Under the pieces are notes generated by a model. That model was not told where the DNA came from. It saw only the letters and a program-made list of their open reading frames with translations, and made no database searches. This document shows, piece after piece, positions 56,419 to 64,000 of a DNA stretch of 64,000 nt (position 1 is the first letter of the stretch; each line of letters opens with the position of its first letter). The DNA comes from Bacteroidales bacterium (GTDB lineage: Bacteria > Bacteroidota > Bacteroidia > Bacteroidales > WCHB1-69): the NCBI GenBank assembly GCA_045600905.1, contig JAZRYT010000189.1, forward strand, positions 33,748 through 97,747. Reading direction: 5' to 3'. The position numbers and the translations under genes are program-made.

Positions 56419-57410
56419 TCGGCGAAACCGCCGATGTAGCGCGGGCCGAGATAGGTACGGAAAGTTTTCTCGCCTCCAAATTTATCATCAAGAACCATCA
56501 TAAAATCCGCTTTGAAAATGTGCGGGAGATGATTCTCAATCCTCAACCCTGTTTGATCGTATAGCAATCCACGTGACACGATCATCTGATCCAGACATCC
56601 CCAAAAATCCTCGTGTTTGTGCGAGCCGACATTGTTTTGATCAACGAAAAAATACATTAGATTGAATAGCGAATCAGGAACGTTTTCCTCATCGAAACGG
56701 CGGGCGCGCAAGTGCTTTTCCATACTTTCATCTGTCGCATAATCGTTAAAATCGCCCATCAGTAAAATATTGGCATCCGCATTCAAAGACAGCAGCGAAT
56801 CCGCGATTTGCCGAACCACATCCGCATAATAATTGCGCTTGGGGATGGTAGCCGCATATCCGCCGTAACGCGAAGTCCAGTGATTGACAACAACGTGCAA
56901 GGAATCGCCATTCGGGAACTGCGCACAAACGTAAAGCAAATCGCGATTGCGCGTATGGGGCTCAAAAGGGAAAATAACCGGAATTTTTTTCGAGCGTAAA
57001 ATGGTGACACAACTATCCCGATAGAGCAAAGCGACGTCCACGCCACGACTATCCGGCGAATCGTAATGCACATATTTGTAACCGAATTTCTTCAACGGAG
57101 ACTGATAGCACAAATCCATCAGCACGCGCTCGTTTTCAATTTCCGCGAGCCCGACGATTGCGGCCGGCCTGCCCTGCCCCATCGCAAGCAATACTTTGGC
57201 CACATTTGCAACCTTCTTGAAATACTTCTTATAACTCCAATGATAGAGTCCGCTTGGCGTAAAATCATCGTCCGCCGTCAGTGAGTCATCGGACGGATGA
57301 AAGAGATTTTCCACATTGTAGAAAGCAACGATAAATTGGTCGAAAGTCTGCTGGGCGTTGACATTCACGCCCAACAGACTGAATAAAAAAACAATAAAAA
57401 ATCTTTTCAT
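56373..57410 (-). CDS. endonuclease/exonuclease/phosphatase (EEP) family protein, secreted
   Basis: Signal peptide, N-terminal FYNVENLF and a C-terminal ADHLPV catalytic His motif. The 3' end overlaps the meaB 3' end by 46 nt. Confidence 0.7.
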   Translation of the reverse strand: MKRFFIVFLFSLLGVNVNAQQTFDQFIVAFYNVENLFHPSDDSLTADDDFTPSGLYHWSYKKYFKKVANVAKVLLAMGQGRPAAIVGLAEIENERVLMDLCYQSPLKKFGYKYVHYDSPDSRGVDVALLYRDSCVTILRSKKIPVIFPFEPHTRNRDLLYVCAQFPNGDSLHVVVNHWTSRYGGYAATIPKRNYYADVVRQIADSLLSLNADANILLMGDFNDYATDESMEKHLRARRFDEENVPDSLFNLMYFFVDQNNVGSHKHEDFWGCLDQMIVSRGLLYDQTGLRIENHLPHIFKADFMMVLDDKFGGEKTFRTYLGPRYIGGFADHLPVYVVISSAAAL

Positions 57411-57459
57411 ATAATTCCACAGTCATCAAATTATCAAAAACTACACAAAAACACCGCGG

Positions 57460-57467
57460 CAAATATA
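57460..57467 (-). promoter_or_regulatory. -7 box TATATTTG (EEP gene)
   Basis: The reverse complement of CAAATATA matches TAnnTTTG, 50 nt upstream of ATG 57410. Confidence 0.45.
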
Positions 57468-57490
57468 TTTATTTTTTTAATGTTTTAACT

Positions 57491-57543
57491 AAAAATATCG
57501 TCTGTCTTATTTTTAACTATCAATTGTTAAAAACAAGACAGAC
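57491..57543 (-). terminator. long hairpin terminator downstream of the LolA-like remnant
   Basis: 18-bp stem GTCTGTCTTATTTTTAAC / GTTAAAAACAAGACAGAC with one mismatch and an 8-nt loop, followed on the minus strand by T5. A second 7-bp hairpin (57549-57568) overlaps the stop codon. Confidence 0.6.
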
Positions 57544-57565
57544 ATACGTAGCTGTTTCCATACAG

Positions 57566-58102
57566 CTATTTTACAAAGACACTATTACTGACTGTAACAT
57601 TTCGTTTGACGCCCGTCAGCTCATACGTGTTAATCAAATGGTTGAACTCCTCGTTTCCCATATAGATGAGCACGCAGTCGGATTTGCGGTATTTCAAGGT
57701 GATTTTGGAAAAAACCTGGGCAGCCGTTTTCTTCGCGGTAAGCTTTATCACATAGTTTTTGCCATCATCCGTAACAAAACAATTGGCATTATTGATTTTG
57801 GCAATTTCATTCACCTGACCTGCAAAAGCCTTCAGCAGATAATCAGCCAACTTATTCATCACCGGACTTTTGGACAAAGTATATTGCGTTGATTTAGCTC
57901 CCGTTTTGACATACATAAGGCCATTACTGATAATGAATTTATCGGTAGCCGGCTGAGAATAGAGCATTGACAACTGTCGCGTATTCTTATAATACAATTT
58001 TCCAGACATAGAGACTTTCACCTTAGCGACATTCGTTCTAGTCTGTTTGAAAGTACTTTCAACAGAGGTCGTCTGCTTGTTTGCGGAAGCAATCCTGACC
58101 AA
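57566..58102 (-). pseudogene. LolA-like lipoprotein-carrier domain gene lacking start codon and signal peptide
   Basis: 178 aa of LolA-like beta-sheet sequence (…SGKLYYKNTRQLSMLY…). The frame is open upstream to ~58316, but it contains no ATG/GTG/TTG before TTG 58102 and no hydrophobic signal sequence. Confidence 0.5.
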
Positions 58103-58146
58103 AATATCGCCGTCGTTGGTTGCAGATAAAGAGAAGCAAGCACTTG

Positions 58147-59083
58147 TTACCCAAGATTGAATTCTATTCCGAGTAGCGCCATCGTACCCTGAACGACATA
58201 CCAGCTCAAGAACATAGGCAGAAAGGCCAGTAAAGACAACAGCAGGCTGCGGAAATGGAGGATTAGCACGAGCAAGACGAACAAGGAGGAGATTATCAGA
58301 ACCACATTGAAATTGTTATGCACGATGGCCACCATACCATCGGTATAATAAAATGGATCCATTACCAAGGCGTGTGGCAAGGCACAAACTATATCGCTAA
58401 CAGAATCAACCGAGGCAGCATCCGTCAACATAGACAAAAAGACGAGATAGTCATCTCCCACTTTTTCTATAAAGTTGGACGACAATTCTTTAGGAATCCA
58501 AGGAGCTTCTAAAATCGATTCCGGTTGATAATCCGCATCCAAAATAGCATAGAAAGGAGTGAGAATTTCAGGGTCAAGATTGCATTTGACTGCGGCAGCG
58601 GATATTGATTTTCGGATATTGGAAACATATTCAGGCGTCCATACGACTTCCATGCATCAATATTCTCCTGTTGTTTGCTTAACGGCAAAAAAGCATCCGC
58701 CACTCCCGAGCACTGCTTGACCAAACCTTCCCGTCGAAGGGAATCCATCACCTGCATCATTCGACGATTATAGGTCAATGCCGAATCAAGATTTTTGGAT
58801 GAAGCCGCGTAATACGTGACGGGATAGCCGTTATTGACCTTTTGGTTATATAAATCCTGCGACTTCCGCACGACATCCGACACAAAACCGATGTTATTCA
58901 AGTCATTGTCGAATTTCACCTTGAAAGACAAAAAGACGCAAACCACGCTATAGATTATCAGCACCGCAAGGAGCCAATATTTCTTATCAAGCGGATTTCC
59001 AACTGGGCAAAAGAAAAATATATCAGGGGAAAGGGGCCAGTCTGCTTCTCTTGAAGCACGTGATTGAAAGTTGTCACAGGCAT
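58147..59083 (-). pseudogene. MMPL/RND-type exporter remnant (frameshifted and 3'-truncated)
   Basis: An N-terminal TM helix (KKYWLLAVLIIYSVVCVFLSFKVKF) and a periplasmic loop are followed by a frame switch near 58650 (…QQENIDAWK | VVWTPEYVSN…). The reading frame ends inside the conserved TM block …MALLGIEFNLG*. No start codon is present. Confidence 0.55.
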
Positions 59084-59222
59084 AAAATCACAACCGTGAG
59101 GATGAACCCGCAATTGGAAGAGAACAACAAGGTTCAATCGCTTTTCGACCAATTTGAAGTCAAACCGTTTTTACGAAGACGCAGCTACACTATAACATTA
59201 TAATATAATGTATTCTAATAAT

Positions 59223-59250
59223 AAAAAAGGGCAGCGAATGCTGCCCTTTT
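59223..59250 (-). terminator. intrinsic terminator after the hydrogenase operon
   Basis: 7-bp GC stem GGGCAGC / GCTGCCC with a 4-nt loop. T6 follows on the minus strand and T4 on the plus strand. Confidence 0.8.
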
Positions 59251-59269
59251 CATATATGGGGAAATACAA

Positions 59270-59755
59270 TTAGTTTCCTCTGTATTCGTTTACGATGTCT
59301 TTCACCATAGCGGGAACGAGACGGCCGTAAACTTTACCGTCAACCATTGCAACAGGAGCCAAACCGCAGGCACCTACGCAACGCAAAGAGGTAAGGGAGA
59401 ATTCGCCGTTAGCGTCGGTTTCACCAACTTCGATGCCGAGTTCGCTTTTGAAGGCATCGAGGATTTTTTCGCCGCCACGAACGTAGCAAGCAGTACCCAT
59501 ACAAACAGATACGGGGTGTTTGCCCTTCGGGGTCATGGTGAAGAAAGCGTAGAATGATACAACGCCGAAAACCTTAGCTGTAGGCATGTGCAAACATTCA
59601 GCGATTAATTCCTGAGCTTCTGCGGGCAGATAACCGAGGAAATCCTGTGTCTGATGCAATACATTGATCAATTCACCGGGATCGTTGTTGAAATTATTAC
59701 AAATAGCAACGATCTTATCATGAGTTTCTTTATTAATTTTAACTGTTATTGCCAT
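59270..59755 (-). CDS. NuoE-like [2Fe-2S] subunit of bifurcating [FeFe]-hydrogenase (HydC-type)
   Basis: 161 aa thioredoxin-like [2Fe-2S] protein with CMGTACYVRG...CVGACGLAP. Confidence 0.8.
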   Translation of the reverse strand: MAITVKINKETHDKIVAICNNFNNDPGELINVLHQTQDFLGYLPAEAQELIAECLHMPTAKVFGVVSFYAFFTMTPKGKHPVSVCMGTACYVRGGEKILDAFKSELGIEVGETDANGEFSLTSLRCVGACGLAPVAMVDGKVYGRLVPAMVKDIVNEYRGN

Positions 59756-59781
59756 AATTTATAATTTTACAGATTAATTAA

Positions 59782-61563
59782 TTATTCAGCCTCCACTTTG
59801 ATTTGGTTGTCAAAGTAGTGAGTGTGCAGCAATTCGTGAGAGAGATGACCGCAAGGTTCGCCAAGATATTCTTTGTAGATAGCTTGGATGGACGGATTCT
59901 CATGAGATTTACGGATCGGCATTTCTCTATCGGCTTGGTAAGTAGCTTCCCAACGAGCTTTGATGATGCTGGAATCGCCATGGTGATAAGGTTGGCCAGC
60001 GCCGTCGATACAGCCACCAGGACAAGCCATAACTTCGATTGCGTGGTACGGGCATTCGCCTTTTTCGATGAGTTCGAGCATCTTACGAGCGTTGCCTAAG
60101 CCGTGTACGATGGCGAGTTTGAGGTCCAAACCGTCTTGTACGTGTACGGTAGCTTCTTTAACGCCTTCGAGGCCACGGAGTTCTTCGAAATCAACTTTCG
60201 GGAGAGTCTTGCCTGTGATAACTTCGTAAGCGGTACGAACAGCAGCTTCCATCACGCCGCCAGTTGCGCCGAAGATAACAGCAGCACCTGTTGATTCGCC
60301 GAGCGGGCTGTCGAATTCAGCATCGGGAAGGTTGTTGAAGTCAATGTTGGCCATCTTGATGAGGCGTGCCAATTCACGAGTGGTGATGGAGTAGTCAACA
60401 TCAGGATTTCCGTTCTTAGCGAGTTCTTCACGACCGGTTTCGTATTTCTTAGCAACGCAAGGCATTACGGAAACACAAACCATATCTTCGCGTTTGCAGC
60501 CGATTTTGTCTGCGAAGTAGTTCTTAGCGATAGCGCCGAACATCTGTTGCGGAGATTTAGCGGTTGAAGGATATTCTCTTAATTGCGGGAAATGTTTTTC
60601 ATAGAAGTTAACCCATGCAGGGCAGCAAGAGGTCATCAAAGGAATCTTAACGCTCTTATCGCCAGCAAGATATTTGGTGAGGCGGCCGATCAATTCGGTA
60701 CCTTCTTCCATAATGGTCAAGTCGGCAGACCAGTCAGTATCGAACACATAGTCGAAGCCGATAGCCTTGAGGGCTGCGGTGAGTTTCTTGGTTACGATGG
60801 AACCAGGAGCCATGCCGAATTCTTCGCCGAGAGCAACACGTACAGCAGGAGCAACTTGGACAACCGTCTTCTTGGCAGGATCAGCGATGTCGCGGAGAAC
60901 CTTGCCGTTGTTGTCAACTTCTGTAAGAGCGCCAACCGGGCAAACTGCAACACATTGGCCGCAGAATACGCAAGGAGTTTCGGTGAGTTGTTTTTCGAAA
61001 GCTGTAGAAACAACTGCAGGGAAACCACGGTGGATAGCGGAGAGAGCGCCAACGCTTTGGATTTCGTTACACATTGTTTCGCAGCGACGGCACATAACGC
61101 ACTTGTTCATATCGCGAACGATAGAAGGTGAAAGTTCTACTTTGTAAGTAGATTGTGTGTGTTCAGCACCTGTGAACGGGTTTTTGCGGATGCCGAAGCG
61201 GATAGCGAGGTCTTGGAGCTCGCAGTTTCCGCTCTTTGCGCATTGCAAACAATCGTTTGGATGATCGGAAAGAATCAGTTCCAACACGGTTTTGCGAGCG
61301 TTGAGAACGCGCATGGAGTTGGTTCTGACAACCATATCCGGCATACATTCGGTAACGCAGGCAGGAGCGAGGTTACGACGGCCAGCGACTTCCACTACGC
61401 AAACACGGCAACCACCGGGTTTGTTGTGGAATTTGAAACCTTCCAATTCAAAATGGCAAAGGGTAGGAATATCGATACCCATGCCTTTAGCGGCTTTAAG
61501 AATAGTGGTACCTCTTGGTACTTCAACTTCTCTATTATCTATTGTTAATTTAATCAAATCCAT
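59782..61563 (-). CDS. hydA: [FeFe]-hydrogenase catalytic subunit (HydA-type)
   Basis: N-terminal [2Fe-2S] and [4Fe-4S] domains plus the three H-cluster motifs TSCCPAW, MPCVAKKYE and EVMACPGGCIDG. Confidence 0.9.
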   Translation of the reverse strand: MDLIKLTIDNREVEVPRGTTILKAAKGMGIDIPTLCHFELEGFKFHNKPGGCRVCVVEVAGRRNLAPACVTECMPDMVVRTNSMRVLNARKTVLELILSDHPNDCLQCAKSGNCELQDLAIRFGIRKNPFTGAEHTQSTYKVELSPSIVRDMNKCVMCRRCETMCNEIQSVGALSAIHRGFPAVVSTAFEKQLTETPCVFCGQCVAVCPVGALTEVDNNGKVLRDIADPAKKTVVQVAPAVRVALGEEFGMAPGSIVTKKLTAALKAIGFDYVFDTDWSADLTIMEEGTELIGRLTKYLAGDKSVKIPLMTSCCPAWVNFYEKHFPQLREYPSTAKSPQQMFGAIAKNYFADKIGCKREDMVCVSVMPCVAKKYETGREELAKNGNPDVDYSITTRELARLIKMANIDFNNLPDAEFDSPLGESTGAAVIFGATGGVMEAAVRTAYEVITGKTLPKVDFEELRGLEGVKEATVHVQDGLDLKLAIVHGLGNARKMLELIEKGECPYHAIEVMACPGGCIDGAGQPYHHGDSSIIKARWEATYQADREMPIRKSHENPSIQAIYKEYLGEPCGHLSHELLHTHYFDNQIKVEAE

Positions 61564-61578
61564 ATTAATACCCTTTTA

Positions 61579-63372
61579 CTATTTAATACTAATTGCGTTG
61601 AACTTACATTTTTCAATACAGGTACCGCACTTGATACAAGCGTTTTGATCAATTTCGTGAGGCATCTTGACTGTACCGTGGATAGCGCCGACAGGACAAT
61701 TGCGTGCGCAAGCCGTACAACCCTTACATTTTTCAGGATCGATGACATATTGTTTCAGATCCTTGCATTGACCGGCAGGACATTTCTTGTCAACAACGTG
61801 AGCGACGTATTCGTCCCAGAAGTTGTCGATAGTAGAAAGTACAGGGTTCGGGGAAGTTTGACCAAGACCGCAGAGAGCTGTGTCTTTGATAACTTTTGCA
61901 AGATTCTTGAGTTTTTCAAGATCTTCCATTGTACCTTGTCCCTTCGTGATTTTGTCGAGGATTTCGCAAAGTCTCTTGTTACCGATACGGCAAGGAGAAC
62001 ATTTACCGCAGGATTCTTCAACGGTGAAGTCGAGGTAGAACTTAGCAACGGAAACCATACAGGAGGTTTCGTCCATAACGATCATACCACCAGAACCCAT
62101 CATAGAGCCTGCTGCCACGAGGTTATCATAGTCGATAGGAGTATCGAGGAATTTTTCTGTCAAGCAACCACCGGAAGGGCCACCCGTTTGAACGGCTTTG
62201 AATTTGCGTCCGCCTTTGATACCGCCACCGATTTCGTAAATAACTTCGCGAAGTGTGATACCCATCGGGACTTCGATCAAACCAACGTTGTTGATTTGGC
62301 CTGCCAATGCGAACACTTTCGTACCTTTAGATTTTTCTGTACCGATTGAAGAGAACCATTCCCAGCCCTTGTTGATGATAACAGGGATGTTGGCGTATGT
62401 TTCAACGTTGTTCACGTTGGACGGTTTCTTCATATAACCTTCAACTGCAGGGAATGGCGGTTTGAAGGTAGGTTCACCACGTTTGCCTTCCATAGAGTGG
62501 ATAAGGGCCGTTTCCTCACCGCAGACGAATGCGCCGGCACCGTAGCGAAGGATGATGTCGAAGTTGAAGTCTGTACCGAAGATGTTTTTGCCGAGCAAGC
62601 CAGCTTCGCGTGCTTGTCCGATAGCGACTTGCAAGCGGTGAATAGCGAGTGGGTATTCTGCACGGATATAGACCAAACCGATGGAAGCACCGATACAGAA
62701 ACCGCCGATAGCCATTGCTTCAATGATGGAGTGAGGGTCACCTTCGAGGATGGAACGATCCATAAATGCGCCCGGGTCACCTTCATCGGCATTACAGATG
62801 ATGTATTTCTGATCAGCAGCGTTTTTAGCGCAGAGTTCCCATTTCAGACCAGTCGGGAAACCAGCACCACCACGGCCACGCAAACCAGCTTTCTTCAAAA
62901 GATCGATGGTTGCCTTAGGATCGTTTTGTTCGAGAACGGAAGCGAGAGCTTTGTAACCGTCACGTGCGATATATTCGTCGATGTTTTCAGGATCGATGAA
63001 ACCGCAGTTACGCAAAGCGATACGCATTTGTTTTTTGTAGAAACCCATGTGTTTGGAGTCGGAGATGTGCTCCTTGTTTTCAGGGTTCTCATAAAGTAAT
63101 CTTTGTACTTTTCTACCTTTAACGATGTGCTCGTCGATGATTTCGCGGCAATCTTCAGGTTTTACCTGGGTGTAGAATGTGTTATCGGGCAGAATCTTAA
63201 CGATCGGGCCCTTTTCGCAGAAACCGAAACAACCGGTGGCGATTACTTGTACGTCGTCGGCAAGATTCTTTTCTGCAAGAATTTGTTCGAAATTAGCTTT
63301 GATTTTCGGGCTATCTGAAGCTGTACAACCGGTACCGCCGCAGAGCAAAATGTGATATTTGTAATTTGCCAT
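61579..63372 (-). CDS. NuoF-like flavoprotein subunit of bifurcating [FeFe]-hydrogenase (HydB-type)
   Basis: N-terminal thioredoxin-like [2Fe-2S], the NADH/FMN site GAGAFVCGEETALI, the N3-type cluster SCGKCSPCR, and two C-terminal ferredoxin-type CxxCxxCxxxCP motifs. Confidence 0.9.
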   Translation of the reverse strand: MANYKYHILLCGGTGCTASDSPKIKANFEQILAEKNLADDVQVIATGCFGFCEKGPIVKILPDNTFYTQVKPEDCREIIDEHIVKGRKVQRLLYENPENKEHISDSKHMGFYKKQMRIALRNCGFIDPENIDEYIARDGYKALASVLEQNDPKATIDLLKKAGLRGRGGAGFPTGLKWELCAKNAADQKYIICNADEGDPGAFMDRSILEGDPHSIIEAMAIGGFCIGASIGLVYIRAEYPLAIHRLQVAIGQAREAGLLGKNIFGTDFNFDIILRYGAGAFVCGEETALIHSMEGKRGEPTFKPPFPAVEGYMKKPSNVNNVETYANIPVIINKGWEWFSSIGTEKSKGTKVFALAGQINNVGLIEVPMGITLREVIYEIGGGIKGGRKFKAVQTGGPSGGCLTEKFLDTPIDYDNLVAAGSMMGSGGMIVMDETSCMVSVAKFYLDFTVEESCGKCSPCRIGNKRLCEILDKITKGQGTMEDLEKLKNLAKVIKDTALCGLGQTSPNPVLSTIDNFWDEYVAHVVDKKCPAGQCKDLKQYVIDPEKCKGCTACARNCPVGAIHGTVKMPHEIDQNACIKCGTCIEKCKFNAISIK

Positions 63373-63386
63373 TGGAAACCTCCTTA

Positions 63387-63785
63387 TTATTTGTTATCGA
63401 TTTTTTCGTAGTTAACAGGAATTACACCTTCCAAAATCTCATCATTCAGGATGTACTTTGTAACGAGTTCCTGACCTTTCTTCACGTCAACGTGACCGAA
63501 GACGATAGGATCTTGACCCGGTTTTTTAACTTCAACTGTAGGTTCTGCATAGCAATAGCCCATACAGCCAGTTTGTGTTACAACAGCCTTTACATTTTGG
63601 TTTTTGCATTCCTCAATGATAGCTTCCATTGTTTGTTTTGCACCAGAAGCGATACCGCAGGTAGCCATAGCAACCTTGATTTGTACCAGGTTCTCTACGT
63701 TGTCACCTTCTTCACGCAAATCAATCTTGGATTGGAGTTGTTCTCTTCTCTTTTTGAGATCTGCCAATGATTTAATTTTTTCCAT
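63387..63785 (-). CDS. thioredoxin-like [2Fe-2S] ferredoxin-domain protein (first gene of hydrogenase operon)
   Basis: 132 aa with ATCGIASGA...TGCMGYCYAEP. Confidence 0.7.
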   Translation of the reverse strand: MEKIKSLADLKKRREQLQSKIDLREEGDNVENLVQIKVAMATCGIASGAKQTMEAIIEECKNQNVKAVVTQTGCMGYCYAEPTVEVKKPGQDPIVFGHVDVKKGQELVTKYILNDEILEGVIPVNYEKIDNK

Positions 63786-63878
63786 ACTTTAATTTTTTAG
63801 TAAGTTGTTGAATTATAGTATAATATATTTCTTTTTTTTGTTTTTTACACAAAAAAACACGGCACCGAAATGCGGGGG

Positions 63879-63886
63879 CAAATGTA
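63879..63886 (-). promoter_or_regulatory. -7 box TACATTTG (hydrogenase operon)
   Basis: The reverse complement of CAAATGTA matches TAnnTTTG, 94 nt upstream of ATG 63785. Confidence 0.45.
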
Positions 63887-63964
63887 GCATAATTTCAATA
63901 ACAAACCTATACCAAAAAAGAATAATTTTTCCACATTCACTCTACCCTATTCTGCAAACGAATA

Positions 63965-64000
63965 CAAAAAAAACGAGCCTCGCACTTGGCGGCTCGTTTC
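63965..64000 (-). terminator. terminator of a minus-strand gene lying beyond the right window edge
   Basis: Stem AAACGAGCC / GGCTCGTTT with an 11-nt loop. T8 follows on the minus strand. Confidence 0.45.

Noticed and set aside
59153-59222. An AT-rich stretch with apparent period-7 TATAA-like units (ATTATAA TATAATG TATTCTA ATAATAA).
   Set aside because: This is a low-complexity AT-rich spacer. The periodicity is not convincing and the units are unrelated to the YARRKTT family.
1-64000. Search by eye for tRNA, rRNA, tmRNA, CRISPR arrays, IS elements, integrases and prophage genes.
   Set aside because: I found no T-loop/GTTCGAATC-type signatures, no rRNA-like conserved blocks, no repeat-spacer arrays and no transposase or integrase ORFs. 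A covariance-model scan (tRNAscan-SE or Infernal with Rfam) is still needed to exclude small ncRNAs.

Overview
The window looks like a chromosomal segment of a Bacteroidota genome, probably Bacteroidales and Prevotella-like. The taxon call rests on near-consensus TAnnTTTG -7 promoter boxes 11-55 nt upstream of many start codons, plus gldG, a T9SS type-B sorting domain, a FISUMP lipoprotein and a bamA-ompH arrangement. About 50 genes are tightly packed and most are housekeeping: ahcY, dprA, mutS, bamA with three ompH/skp paralogs, mutA, ferritin, DPP4-like peptidase, purL, ddl, ftsX, uppP, truB, L31, lon, meaB and a four-gene HydABC-type [FeFe]-hydrogenase operon. I found no rRNA, tRNA, CRISPR array, integrase or transposase. 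Accessory or unusual content: (1) two clearly lower-GC restriction-modification insertions bracket purL-eptA, namely a translationally coupled m5C methyltransferase plus PD-(D/E)xK endonuclease pair and a single-chain MmeI-family type IIL enzyme. (2) An ECF sigma factor sits next to a membrane-anchored partner whose only folded extracytoplasmic domain is a T9SS type-B C-terminal sorting domain; this is my best candidate for an undescribed signalling arrangement. (3) A dispersed family of degenerate heptanucleotide tandem arrays, roughly YARRKTT, abuts gene ends and starts. (4) A frameshifted and truncated MMPL exporter and a start-less LolA-like gene form a decayed lipid-export module. (5) mutA is uncoupled from mutB and coupled to a BtuF-like binding lipoprotein. 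All functional calls come from reading motifs and architecture in the supplied translations. No database search, HMM or folding program was run, and GC statements come from hand counts on a few 60-nt lines.
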